This document shows positions 26,852 to 37,724 of a stretch of DNA of 64,000 nt, piece after piece. Position numbers and translations under genes: made by a program. The notes beneath the pieces were generated by a model that was not told where the DNA came from, made no database searches, and saw only the letters and a program-made list of their open reading frames with translations. Source of the DNA: an uncultured Anaerovibrio sp. (GTDB taxonomy: Bacteria > Bacillota > Negativicutes > Selenomonadales > Selenomonadaceae); NCBI RefSeq assembly GCF_902786545.1, contig NZ_CADACU010000001.1, one strand, 5' to 3'. Numbering within the stretch: position 1 is the stretch's first letter; each line of letters opens with the position of its first letter.

Positions 26852-28588
26852 TCAATCAATCTCCAACATAAATCTGTTTTCATCCCCGGCCGACAGATAC
26901 CGTCGCTTCGGCAAATCAGCCGTAATCGACTCGATAAAGTGCTCCCGCCAGGAAAACTCCCCCTGCTGTACTACAGCAATAATATCATAAGGCGGGGCAT
27001 TATCCCGCACAGACATGATTATTGCCTCAGCTGGGTCACTGCTCAAAAGAAAGGATATTTCCAATTGAAAAACATTCCCCTCAGCCCGTTCCACCGCATG
27101 CATTCCTATCTCTTCCACCAGCAATCGCAGGCGTATTATTTTGGCCGCAGATACTCCCAGTTTCTGCAGGTCCTGGGCTACCTTGACAGACAGATCCATC
27201 ACTTCATCCATAACGCTATTGATATCGTAGGACAGCTGGCGATTCGTCCGTGCCTTGTCCATCAACAGCAGATTGCGGCCATGATGTCGGAGCTTGACCA
27301 CAGCCAGGTTAATACCGTAAGCTGCCACAAAGGCACCACCGATTCCAAGCCACATGCCTTCTATACCATACCACTCCCCCAGTAGCATACCTGCCGTGGG
27401 CAGGACCAGCAACAGCATGGTTTTTACCAGCAATCCCTGACTCCAGTGCTTTATATAAATATAATAATTGCTGTACATAAGGGTAATACCCAAAAACACC
27501 GTAAAAATCAAAAAACATCGCAGGGACCGGGTTGCCTCCACTGCAATAGATTTCTCAGCAACACCAAATATATATGGCAAAATTGGTGCACCTATAATTC
27601 CTACAACGGATACCAGCAGGCTAATGGCAATGGTTGCGGCAATGCCCAGCCGCATGGTCTTTTTAATGCACAGAAGATTTCCCTCCGCGTGATACTGACA
27701 AACCATTGGTTGCAGGCAATCCACCACCCCGGTATACAGGGCAATCACCAGCACCAAAACATTGGTGATTACCGTTACAACAATAATATGGCTTTCACCC
27801 CAACGGGCAATCACATAGGTGGACAGTATCACCGGAAGTACAGATAAGTAAAGGGTATCTATCGAATGATAAAAGCTATAGGTAAGTCCCCGAAATATTT
27901 GGCGAAAATCCCACCACCAGCTGAACTTCAGACGGCTTTTATCTGAAAGCAAAAAACGGCATTGCATAAAGCAAGAGATCAAAGTACCAATAACGGTAGC
28001 CAGACCAATCCCCATAACTCCCAGCTCATGGCACAGTACAACATCCAAGATAACATTAACCACCATGGCAACTACCGATGCCATAGCACAAATCTGTTCT
28101 TCTCCCTCTTGTACCAAAAATGTATATATAAAAATATTCAGAAACACAACCGGTGGAAGCCATTTTATGGCACTGTAATAAGCCAGAGCATAGGCCATCA
28201 GCTCCGGCGATATTTTCCAAAAGGCCAATATTTTTTCCTGAAAAGTCCCGAGGAGCACAACTAGACCTATCCCTAGCCCCAGAGATAATATTATGCCCTG
28301 GCTGAAAAATTGGCTCACTGCAATCCGATCGTCCTGCCCCTGAGCATAGGCAGCCATCATTCCCAGACCGTCAGCTATCATATAACTGATAAAAAACAAC
28401 ATGGGTAACAATGGAAATACCAGGGACATTGCGGCTACAGCCTCACCGCAAATCATCTGCCCTGCCACAACATTATCAATCAATACAAGTACATATGATA
28501 TCGTCATGGCCACCATTGACGCCATAAAAACTGACCGAAAACGGGTCGATACAACCGTTTTTTTCCCCAACTCAGTCAAAAATTTCAT
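26852..28588 (-). CDS. MATE-family transporter with about 144-aa C-terminal cytoplasmic extension
   Basis: 12 TM with MATE-like N-terminal pattern (IDNVVAGQ..GEAVAAMSLVFPL). The extra soluble tail spans aa 435-578. ATGA overlap with the upstream gene. Confidence 0.75.
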   Translation of the reverse strand: MKFLTELGKKTVVSTRFRSVFMASMVAMTISYVLVLIDNVVAGQMICGEAVAAMSLVFPLLPMLFFISYMIADGLGMMAAYAQGQDDRIAVSQFFSQGIILSLGLGIGLVVLLGTFQEKILAFWKISPELMAYALAYYSAIKWLPPVVFLNIFIYTFLVQEGEEQICAMASVVAMVVNVILDVVLCHELGVMGIGLATVIGTLISCFMQCRFLLSDKSRLKFSWWWDFRQIFRGLTYSFYHSIDTLYLSVLPVILSTYVIARWGESHIIVVTVITNVLVLVIALYTGVVDCLQPMVCQYHAEGNLLCIKKTMRLGIAATIAISLLVSVVGIIGAPILPYIFGVAEKSIAVEATRSLRCFLIFTVFLGITLMYSNYYIYIKHWSQGLLVKTMLLLVLPTAGMLLGEWYGIEGMWLGIGGAFVAAYGINLAVVKLRHHGRNLLLMDKARTNRQLSYDINSVMDEVMDLSVKVAQDLQKLGVSAAKIIRLRLLVEEIGMHAVERAEGNVFQLEISFLLSSDPAEAIIMSVRDNAPPYDIIAVVQQGEFSWREHFIESITADLPKRRYLSAGDENRFMLEID

Positions 28589-30186
28589 GCAAGCAGCTCC
28601 AATACTGATTTATCCGCTTCCTGTAGCCCCTTCAGCATTTCATCCACCAACTCGGACAAATAGCTCATTTTCCCTTCTGAATACCGACTGGCATCATATT
28701 CTATCTTCATACGGTAAGTACCATCGGCTTCAGCCACCACATGAATATCCAAGGAATTTTCCACCGCTGAAGCTTTGTTTTGCGGCAACTCCTGCAACAG
28801 GGCCATAGTACCACAAAGCGGAAAATCTCCACCGGCATTCCCCATCAAATTGCCTTTTTGTAAAATAAAGGTTGCACAGTCATCCTCCAGTCCTTCAGTA
28901 TACACCGTATCAAGACTGTCACGATACTGAAAGCCCTCGGCCACCTTTTTATCCAAATCCTCAATCAATTCCTGTACAGAAATATCGTTATGAAAATCAT
29001 ACCGTATTGGCATCTGAACAAGCATTAGGCCCATCAGTCGCATTTCCGCCCTGGTGGTACGGCCATTATGTACATAACTCATAATAGCCTCCCGACTGCC
29101 GGCCGACTTGGCTATAGCCAACATCACCGCAGCCATCAAAAAGGTATGCTCCGGATATTTTGTTTCCGCAAAAAAACTCTTCTGGATATTCTGCAGTTGT
29201 CTGAAATGGGCGTTAAATTTCCAGGACCCTTCATGTTTATCACTAGGTGGCAAATGCTTTTTTTCATCAAAGCCCTTCAGCATTTCCCGCCAATAGGCTT
29301 CCCCTACTGCATTCCTCGGCCGTCCGCATTCCTGCAATATATAGTCAGCATAGCTAATATCATTCTGCTTTATCGGTCTTCCCTTATAACGGAGATCCAG
29401 CTCACGGAAAAATAGCATAGCCGTAGCCACACCATCCATTATTACATGATAAAAATCCAAATACATATATTTCCCGGATGGGGTAATAATCAGATATATA
29501 CGAAATAAAGGCCGGTCAATAATTTGATATGGGCGCTTCAATTCCAGCTTTCGCTTTTCAAATTCATCCTCAGACAATGACTCAATCCGCACCTTGGACA
29601 AACTTCCATCAAAACGCTGGCATATTTCTCCGGTCTCCGGGTGGAATAATATCCGGCAACGGAAAATGTCGTGCGCCGACAGAGTGTCATTTATAGCCCC
29701 AGCCAGGCGTTCCATATCCAGGGAATCATCCAGTTTAGCCAGTCCGCCTTCATTCATCATAGTTGAGTTTGCCTTTTGAAAATGGGTATCCATCATCCAA
29801 CGCTGAATTGCCCGAAGAGGATAAAAGCCCGTCATACTGTCTGACACGGCACCATCTCCCACTTCCGCACTGGTATTGACAATCTCCACAAAGTGATTAA
29901 ATCCGGTCATATCAAATACATCTGCCACACTGGACTGCGGATTGACTACCCGAAATTTTATATTTTCCCTATCAGCATGTTTTTTGGCCATAAGAATAGC
30001 ACGAAGGCCCGCCGATGACATATATTCCAGGCGTGAAAAATCCACATCCAGCCTGGATACCTTCGTAGCAAATTCTTCAATACTGTGATTAAAGGCATCT
30101 ACCGTTGTGGCATCAAGCCGTCCATCCAGTTCCAGCACCAATACCCCGGCCGATATATCCTTCCTCATATTTATTTTAAGACTCAT
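28585..30186 (-). CDS. STAS domain fused to an NRPS-type condensation / HHxxxDG acyltransferase domain
   Basis: The N-terminal 100 aa have the anti-sigma-antagonist pattern (LELDGRLDATT ... DFSRLEYMSSAGLRAIL ... VFDMTGF). Then come YPLRAIQRWMM (C1-like) and FYHVIMDG (C3 motif, nt 29431-29451). Start set to the ATG at 30186, 9-10 nt after GGAAGGG. Confidence 0.75.
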   Translation of the reverse strand: MSLKINMRKDISAGVLVLELDGRLDATTVDAFNHSIEEFATKVSRLDVDFSRLEYMSSAGLRAILMAKKHADRENIKFRVVNPQSSVADVFDMTGFNHFVEIVNTSAEVGDGAVSDSMTGFYPLRAIQRWMMDTHFQKANSTMMNEGGLAKLDDSLDMERLAGAINDTLSAHDIFRCRILFHPETGEICQRFDGSLSKVRIESLSEDEFEKRKLELKRPYQIIDRPLFRIYLIITPSGKYMYLDFYHVIMDGVATAMLFFRELDLRYKGRPIKQNDISYADYILQECGRPRNAVGEAYWREMLKGFDEKKHLPPSDKHEGSWKFNAHFRQLQNIQKSFFAETKYPEHTFLMAAVMLAIAKSAGSREAIMSYVHNGRTTRAEMRLMGLMLVQMPIRYDFHNDISVQELIEDLDKKVAEGFQYRDSLDTVYTEGLEDDCATFILQKGNLMGNAGGDFPLCGTMALLQELPQNKASAVENSLDIHVVAEADGTYRMKIEYDASRYSEGKMSYLSELVDEMLKGLQEADKSVLELLA

Positions 30187-30335
30187 ATAAAGCATCCCTT
30201 CCCATGTATAAGGTAACTCACTATTTCTTATCTCTAATAAAATTTTACCAAAAAAAGAAAAATTTCTCAGTAGAATTTAAAATTATTTCTCTTATTATCC
30301 TTAAATTTAGGAACAAATGCAAGGAAAAGTATTTC

Positions 30336-30371
30336 AAAAAAATGTACGGCCCGGGCTTATGGCCCAGGCCG
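30336..30371 (-). terminator. Rho-independent terminator of the atp operon
   Basis: CGGCCUGGGCC / GCCCGGGCCG stem containing a U-G wobble that pairs only on the minus strand, followed by the T-rich tail TACATTTTTTT. Confidence 0.75.
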
Positions 30372-30405
30372 TCTGATTGTACAATAGAAAATTTAATTAT
30401 GTTTT

Positions 30406-30822
30406 TTATTCACCGTGCTTACCCAAGGCAGTCAATCGGGCTGCAGCACGCTTCAGGGCAGCTTCGGCCCTGATAATATTTATATCCACGCCGCCAGCCT
30501 TGTAGTCATCAATGCGCTTTTTAGCCCGGTTAAATGCCTTTTGGGCACGCTCCTCATCGATATCCTCAGGCAGCTCAGCCACGGAAGCCAGCACCGAAAT
30601 CTTATCCGGCTGTACCTCCATAAAGCCACCACCCACGGCCACCAATTTTTCTGCTCCATCAATTTTTACCCGCATGGCATGGGGAATGAGTCCCGTTACC
30701 AATGGAGCATGATGCGGCAAAATACCCAGCTCACCGGCTGTAGAACGGACAATCAGCATTTCGATGTCAGCGGCATAAACCACTTTATCCGGAGATACAA
30801 TCTCTAGCTTTATTGTAGCCAT
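30406..30822 (-). CDS. atpC: F1 ATP synthase subunit epsilon
   Basis: Position after atpD; sequence MATIKLEIVSPDKVVY... typical. Confidence 0.9.
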   Translation of the reverse strand: MATIKLEIVSPDKVVYAADIEMLIVRSTAGELGILPHHAPLVTGLIPHAMRVKIDGAEKLVAVGGGFMEVQPDKISVLASVAELPEDIDEERAQKAFNRAKKRIDDYKAGGVDINIIRAEAALKRAAARLTALGKHGE

Positions 30823-30825
30823 TGA

Positions 30826-32250
<1,425 letters not shown>

Positions 32251-33102
32251 TTACTTCAATGCCTCAGCACCGCCCACGATTTCTGTAATCTCGCGGGTTA
32301 TGCCGGCCTGACGAACTTTATTATAGTGCAAATCCAATTTTGCGATAAGCTCCTGAGCATTATCCGTAGCGTTACTCATTGCATTCATGCGGGAACTGAG
32401 CTCACTGGCAGCTGCCTGTAAGAGTGCGGCATAAATGGTGGTAACCAGATACTGCGGTAGCAAATACCCCAAAACTTCAGCTGCATCGGGCTCGTAGATA
32501 TACTCTGTCCGAATACCGCCCTCCTCCGCTGCAAGGCCGCTGAATGGCAGCAGCTTTACTGTTTCCGGAACGCAGTTTATCGCTGAAACAAACCGGGTAT
32601 ATACCATATACACCTCTTCAATATCACCTGATTCAAATCTGGCGATGATATCATCAGCAATAGCCTTGGCATGTTCATACTTTGGCCGTTCGCTGATACT
32701 GGTGTATTCGCTGCATATATTGTAGCTACGGTTAGCAAAATAATCTTTTACTTTACGGCCCACAGCTATTATCTGAGTGTTTCCCTTGTCTTCAATCTGA
32801 GCCACAGCTTCTTTGATTGCGTTGCTGGAATACGCACCAGCAAGGCCTTTATCAGAAGCCATTGCCAAAATCAGACGCTTCCCTCCTGGATGGGTTTCCA
32901 GCAGGGGATGACTGAAATCAGTCACATTAGCGGCAACTTCAGATACTACCTGGGCCATTTTTTCTGCATAAGGCTTATTGGCAACAGCAGCCTCTTTGGC
33001 CTGACGAAGGCGGGAGGTTGCTACCATGTTCATGGCATTTGTGATTTGCTGTATACTTTTTACGCTCTTGATACGACGGCGTATATCCTGTAAACTAGCC
33101 AA
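32251..33102 (-). CDS. atpG: F1 ATP synthase subunit gamma
   Basis: MASLQDIRRRIKSVKSIQQITNAM N-terminus and a C-terminal ITREITEIVGGAEAL. Confidence 0.95.
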   Translation of the reverse strand: MASLQDIRRRIKSVKSIQQITNAMNMVATSRLRQAKEAAVANKPYAEKMAQVVSEVAANVTDFSHPLLETHPGGKRLILAMASDKGLAGAYSSNAIKEAVAQIEDKGNTQIIAVGRKVKDYFANRSYNICSEYTSISERPKYEHAKAIADDIIARFESGDIEEVYMVYTRFVSAINCVPETVKLLPFSGLAAEEGGIRTEYIYEPDAAEVLGYLLPQYLVTTIYAALLQAAASELSSRMNAMSNATDNAQELIAKLDLHYNKVRQAGITREITEIVGGAEALK

Positions 33103-33121
33103 ATAAAATCACCTCACTGCC

Positions 33122-34639
33122 TTATGCCATTTTGTAGGTTACAGTTTCCTTGAATTCCTCAATACACTTGGAAATCTCTGCTTCTAAGGCATCATCAAGC
33201 TTCTTCTGGTCAGCAATCTTATTCAGAACATCCTCATGTTCACTGTGCATAAACTTCAGAAGATCAGCCTGGAAAGGAACTACCTTCTCCACAGGAATAT
33301 CTGTCAGGAAGCCACGAACAGCTGAGAATATAACTACAACCTGCTCCTGAACAGCCAATGGTGCGTACTGAGCCTGTTTCAGGGTCTCAACCATACGGGC
33401 ACCACGATCAAGCTGTGCCTTAGTAGCCTTATCAAGGTCAGAAGCAAACTGGGCAAATGCAGCCAACTCACGATACTGCGCCAAATCAAGACGCATTGTA
33501 CCGGCAATCTGCTTCATGGCTTTTATCTGAGCACTACCACCTACACGGGATACAGACAGACCTACACTGATTGCCGGACGGATACCTGAATAGAATGCAT
33601 CCGTCTCCAGCATAATCTGGCCATCAGTAATGGAGATTACATTGGTAGGAATATAGGCCGATACATCACCGGCCAAGGTCTCGATGATTGGAAGAGCGGT
33701 AATAGACCCAGCTCCCATAGCATCAGACAGTTTCGCCGCACGCTCCAACAGACGGGAGTGTAGATAGAATACATCACCTGGATATGCTTCACGCCCTGGT
33801 GGACGACGGAGCAACAGGGACATAGCACGATATGCTGCTGCATGCTTGGTCAAATCATCATATACACAAAGAGCATGGCCACCCTTATACATAAAGTACT
33901 CAGCCATAGCAACACCGGCATACGGTGCCAAATACTGCAACGGAGCACTATCAGATGCTGTAGCCACAACTACGATGGTGTAGTCCATAGCCCCGGCATC
34001 TTCAAAGGTCTTAACCACACGGGCAACGGTGGATGCCTTCTGACCGATGGCTACATATACGCAGATACAGTTCTGACCCTTCTGGTTCAGAATGGTATCT
34101 ACGGCAATAGCAGTCTTACCGGTACCACGGTCACCAATTATGAGCTCACGCTGGCCACGACCGATAGGTACCAAGGCATCGATAGCCTTCAGACCAGTTT
34201 GGAGTGGCTCATGTACTGACTTTCTGTCAGCAATACCAGGTGCCTTATACTCTACTGGGCGATATTCTGTTGTATTGATAGGTCCCTTGCCATCAACCGG
34301 ACGGCCCAATGCATCAACTACACGGCCAACCATTGCTTCACCGACCGGAACCTGCATGATGGTGCCGGTTCTCTTTACCATATCACCTTCCTTGATGGCT
34401 GTATCGCCACCAAGAATAACCGCACCAACATTGTCCTGCTCAAGATTGAGCACCAGACCATATATATCGTTACCGAAATCCAACAGCTCGCCGGCCATTG
34501 CCTTACTAAGGCCATGGACATGGGCGATACCATCACCGATTTCGATAACAGTGCCTACATCATCAACATTCAAATCTACATTATAATTTTTGATTTGATC
34601 CTTGATAATGGCTGTTATTTCTTCCGGATTCATTTTCAT
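33122..34639 (-). CDS. atpA: F1 ATP synthase subunit alpha
   Basis: Walker A GDRGTGKT. 505 aa. Confidence 0.95.
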   Translation of the reverse strand: MKMNPEEITAIIKDQIKNYNVDLNVDDVGTVIEIGDGIAHVHGLSKAMAGELLDFGNDIYGLVLNLEQDNVGAVILGGDTAIKEGDMVKRTGTIMQVPVGEAMVGRVVDALGRPVDGKGPINTTEYRPVEYKAPGIADRKSVHEPLQTGLKAIDALVPIGRGQRELIIGDRGTGKTAIAVDTILNQKGQNCICVYVAIGQKASTVARVVKTFEDAGAMDYTIVVVATASDSAPLQYLAPYAGVAMAEYFMYKGGHALCVYDDLTKHAAAYRAMSLLLRRPPGREAYPGDVFYLHSRLLERAAKLSDAMGAGSITALPIIETLAGDVSAYIPTNVISITDGQIMLETDAFYSGIRPAISVGLSVSRVGGSAQIKAMKQIAGTMRLDLAQYRELAAFAQFASDLDKATKAQLDRGARMVETLKQAQYAPLAVQEQVVVIFSAVRGFLTDIPVEKVVPFQADLLKFMHSEHEDVLNKIADQKKLDDALEAEISKCIEEFKETVTYKMA

Positions 34640-34662
34640 ACTTCGCTGTCACCCCATTTTTC

Positions 34663-35205
34663 TCAATTACTTGCCATCAATTCAGCCTTCAGGGCCTGCA
34701 AACGGCCAGTAACACTGCCGTCTATACGCTTATCGCCAAGCTTAACAACTACGCCGCCAATGATTTTCTGATCCTTGTGCATACGAAGCTGTATTTTCTT
34801 GCCAGTTACCTCTTCCAATTTGCTGCCAAGGCTTGTCTGGAGTTCCGACTTCAAATCAAAGGCACTGGTAACATCAGCGATAACAATACCCTGCTCCTTG
34901 TTGGACAATTCCTGATAGCACTCATTAATGGCTTCCAGTAGCACGATACGGCGCTTGTCCACCAACAGCAGCAAGAACTTAAACATCAAGTCTGAAACCT
35001 CTCCCTGCACCAGCTTAGAAAGAATATCCTTCTTCGCCTGAGGCTGTACCTGCGGGTTGGTCAGGAAGCCCTTCAAATCTGCATGAGAAAAAAGGTCTTT
35101 GCTAACCTTGGCCAGCTCCTTACCATATTCCTCAAGCTTATTATCCTCTTTGGCAATCTCAAAGATTGCGACCCCGTATTTACGGGCAAGCTGTATATTT
35201 AACAT
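34663..35205 (-). CDS. atpH: F1 ATP synthase subunit delta (OSCP)
   Basis: Operon position and size (180 aa). Confidence 0.85.
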   Translation of the reverse strand: MLNIQLARKYGVAIFEIAKEDNKLEEYGKELAKVSKDLFSHADLKGFLTNPQVQPQAKKDILSKLVQGEVSDLMFKFLLLLVDKRRIVLLEAINECYQELSNKEQGIVIADVTSAFDLKSELQTSLGSKLEEVTGKKIQLRMHKDQKIIGGVVVKLGDKRIDGSVTGRLQALKAELMASN

Positions 35206-35702
35206 GGCAAATCACCAATCTTGTCCTTATCGAGCTGGTCTATAAATTCCTTGATAAGCACTTCGTTCTCATTAGCATCTATCTTCTTGGAAACTATTTT
35301 TTCGGCAGCGGCCACAGACAAAGCAATAACCTCGCCCTTGAGCTTTTCAACAGCTTGTGCCCTCTCCCGCTGAATTTCCTGCTGAGCAGCCTGTTTCATC
35401 TGCTCGATTTCAGACTTGGTTGCCTGGATGCTAGTCTCGTGCTCCTCGTTAGCACGCTTCTCAGCCTTATCCATAATATCCTGTGCCTTCAAACGGGCTC
35501 CGGCCAGCTGGTCCTGATATTCCTTCAGGGTGGCCTGCGCCTTTGCGGCATCATCATCAGCCTGTTTAATACTGTTGGCGATTTTTTCTTCACGCTCTTT
35601 CAGGATTTTTACGATAGGCTTGTAAGCAAACACACGAAGAAGAATAACCAAGAGAAGGAAGTTCAGCATCTGCGCAAGTAATGTTGCGTTAATATCTATC
35701 AA
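35199..35702 (-). CDS. atpF: Fo ATP synthase subunit b
   Basis: Single N-terminal TM plus a long charged helix; operon position. Confidence 0.85.
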   Translation of the reverse strand: MIDINATLLAQMLNFLLLVILLRVFAYKPIVKILKEREEKIANSIKQADDDAAKAQATLKEYQDQLAGARLKAQDIMDKAEKRANEEHETSIQATKSEIEQMKQAAQQEIQRERAQAVEKLKGEVIALSVAAAEKIVSKKIDANENEVLIKEFIDQLDKDKIGDLPC

Positions 35703-35746
35703 TTCTATTGCCTCCTCTACTTATCACCTCACCAATAAATACAAAA

Positions 35747-35998
35747 TTATTTGATGAGTGGGTTAGCGTACAGCATAATCAGGGCAATAACGGTTGCAAT
35801 AATACACATTGCCTCAATCAAACCTACAGAAATAAGGGTATTGGTAAAGAGTGCATTCTTTGCCTCTGGCTGACGGGTCAAACCTTCAATAAATTTGCTG
35901 GTTACCAGTGAGTCACCGAGAGCGGCACCAACTGCTGCCAAACCCATAATAATACCTACACCGATCATAGCTGCCGCTACCATAATTGCATTTTCCAT
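35747..35998 (-). CDS. atpE: Fo ATP synthase subunit c
   Basis: Hairpin proteolipid with an RQPE loop and a conserved carboxylate (GLIEA). Confidence 0.9.
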   Translation of the reverse strand: MENAIMVAAAMIGVGIIMGLAAVGAALGDSLVTSKFIEGLTRQPEAKNALFTNTLISVGLIEAMCIIATVIALIMLYANPLIK

Positions 35999-36071
35999 TA
36001 GATAATCCTCCTTAAAAGTAATAAAGATAAATTGCTGCTCCCGTCACGATTTTTGTTCCGGAAATCAGCCA

Positions 36072-36743
36072 CTACTCTTCACTGTCCTTAACTGCGTTTG
36101 CAAGATAAGCCATGGAAAGGCTTGTGAAGATAAATGCCTGTACTCCGCCGATAAATATACTGAATGCCAGCCAGATAACTGATGGAATCGGCATCCAGAT
36201 TGGTACCAGCTTCAGCAGGATAATAATGAGAATTTCACCTGCCAAAATGTTACCAAATAGACGGAAGGCCAAGGTGATTGGCTTCGCCACTTCCTCAATA
36301 ACATTGATGACTACAAATATTGGGAACGGCTGGAAGAAATGCTTAACATAATGCATCCCTTTCATATAAAGTCCCAATACATGTACTATCAACACAATGA
36401 GCAAAGCTAAGCCAAATGTGGTGTTCAGGTCGTTTGTCGGAGATGCCATAGTCGGCACCAGACCAAGCCAGTTGGCTACAATCAGGAAAAGGAACAGCGT
36501 AACAATCAACGGGCAAAGGAACTCTCCCTTAGGCCCAAGATTGGTGGCCACCTGTTCTCTCAACCACACGATGAGTGCCTCAACAATGTTTTGTGTACCA
36601 GTAGGTACCATTTTGAGGTTCCTGGTGGCAAGTATGGCAATCAATAAAACAATGCCCATACTTATCCAGGTCATCACCAGGGTTTCCCAATTAAAGGTCA
36701 GGCCGGCAAACTGCACTGTTTCGCGAACACCGATTTCGTGCAT
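36072..36743 (-). CDS. atpB: Fo ATP synthase subunit a
   Basis: LAFRLFGNILAGE motif. Confidence 0.9.
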   Translation of the reverse strand: MHEIGVRETVQFAGLTFNWETLVMTWISMGIVLLIAILATRNLKMVPTGTQNIVEALIVWLREQVATNLGPKGEFLCPLIVTLFLFLIVANWLGLVPTMASPTNDLNTTFGLALLIVLIVHVLGLYMKGMHYVKHFFQPFPIFVVINVIEEVAKPITLAFRLFGNILAGEILIIILLKLVPIWMPIPSVIWLAFSIFIGGVQAFIFTSLSMAYLANAVKDSEE

Positions 36744-36804
36744 AACCTATACCCCCTTTACTGCGTATGTGCCAAGACACATACATAAGATACTACATTG
36801 GACA

Positions 36805-37182
36805 CTAAAGATATCTGCTATAGTTGGTCTGAATCAACAACACCATACCCAGCACATATATAATGGCAAAGCCTGTAACAACTGCTACAAACTGCTCCAC
36901 CGAAATCTGGATAGCTGCGCCAAAAACCACTACCAACAATATCAGTCGTAAAATAAGACCAGCCGCCATTGTGCTTTTTGCCTGAGCCACAGTCATATCT
37001 GCACTGCGCCACAATCGGCCCAGCATAATGCCATACCAGGCAAAGCCCAACAGATAACCGGCAAACAAACCACAAATCAGGCCAAGCTGCTCATATGCCA
37101 GCAAAGAAATAATAACCATAATTGTTATCACTGCCAGCATCTTTACCATCTTGCCCATATTGGCCAATATAATATCCCGCAT
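36805..37182 (-). CDS. atpI: ATP synthase subunit I
   Basis: Small 4-TM protein upstream of atpB. Start set to the ATG at 37182, 4 nt after a GGAGGAG RBS. Confidence 0.7.
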   Translation of the reverse strand: MRDIILANMGKMVKMLAVITIMVIISLLAYEQLGLICGLFAGYLLGFAWYGIMLGRLWRSADMTVAQAKSTMAAGLILRLILLVVVFGAAIQISVEQFVAVVTGFAIIYVLGMVLLIQTNYSRYL

Positions 37183-37333
37183 ACTTCTCCTCCGACAGCG
37201 GATTAACTCCCCTGTCTTCGTTGAATAATATAATTGCTGCATAGAGCAATGAATACCTATGCAGAGTAATTATATCACAAACTATTATAAAGTTTCACCA
37301 TTATTTCTGAATAGTCAAACCAAAACGGCATAT

Positions 37334-37561
37334 TTATTTTATTTCTTTAAGCTGTTTGTATGTCAAGTAAAAAGCTACAGGAAACCCCAATATAATACCA
37401 GTTAATTTCCCGCCATATTCCAACCCCAGCCAGTCATCTGCCATACTGCCCAAGAAAATGCATATACCAATCACTACTGCAAAAAATATACCGATGCTGC
37501 CTAAAATGCCAAAGGCCTTCAGGCTCTGCTTCAGTCCGCTGACATCTGAATTTTTTTCCAT
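37334..37561 (-). CDS. AtpZ/AtpI-family small membrane protein
   Basis: 2-TM, about 75 aa protein at the head of the atp operon. ATG at 37561, 6 nt after GAAGGTG. Confidence 0.65.
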   Translation of the reverse strand: MEKNSDVSGLKQSLKAFGILGSIGIFFAVVIGICIFLGSMADDWLGLEYGGKLTGIILGFPVAFYLTYKQLKEIK

Positions 37562-37660
37562 ATCCGGCACCTTCGAATATTTTACTTATCTGTACTATTA
37601 CAAATACAACAAATAAATTAAAAATCCTCTTTATAAGTAAAAAATAATTGCCTTATCAAA

Positions 37661-37669
37661 ATTATAACA
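37661..37669 (-). promoter_or_regulatory. Extended -10 TGTTATAAT, candidate atp operon promoter
   Basis: Read on the minus strand immediately after the wecB terminator. The -35 is weak. Confidence 0.4.
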
Positions 37670-37671
37670 AC

Positions 37672-37707
37672 CAAAAAGACACATTGAAATATGGATTATT
37701 TCAATGT
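37672..37707 (-). terminator. Rho-independent terminator after wecB
   Basis: ACATTGAAAT / ATTTCAATGT stem followed on the minus strand by GTCTTTTTGG. Confidence 0.7.
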
Positions 37708-37724
37708 GCCCTTGTAATATATGC

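Noticed and set aside
30204-30473. 89-aa plus-strand ORF in the AT-rich region.
   Set aside because: It is Lys/Ile/Phe-rich, as expected from AT-rich non-coding DNA. It spans the atp terminator and runs antisense into atpC.
35747-35998. Possible Na+-translocating ATP synthase c-subunit.
   Set aside because: The Na+ ligand signature (Gln in helix 1 and Glu-Ser/Thr-Thr..Tyr in helix 2) is not present. Here the sequence is Asp..., Glu-Ala-Met..Ile, which is consistent with a proton-coupled c-ring.
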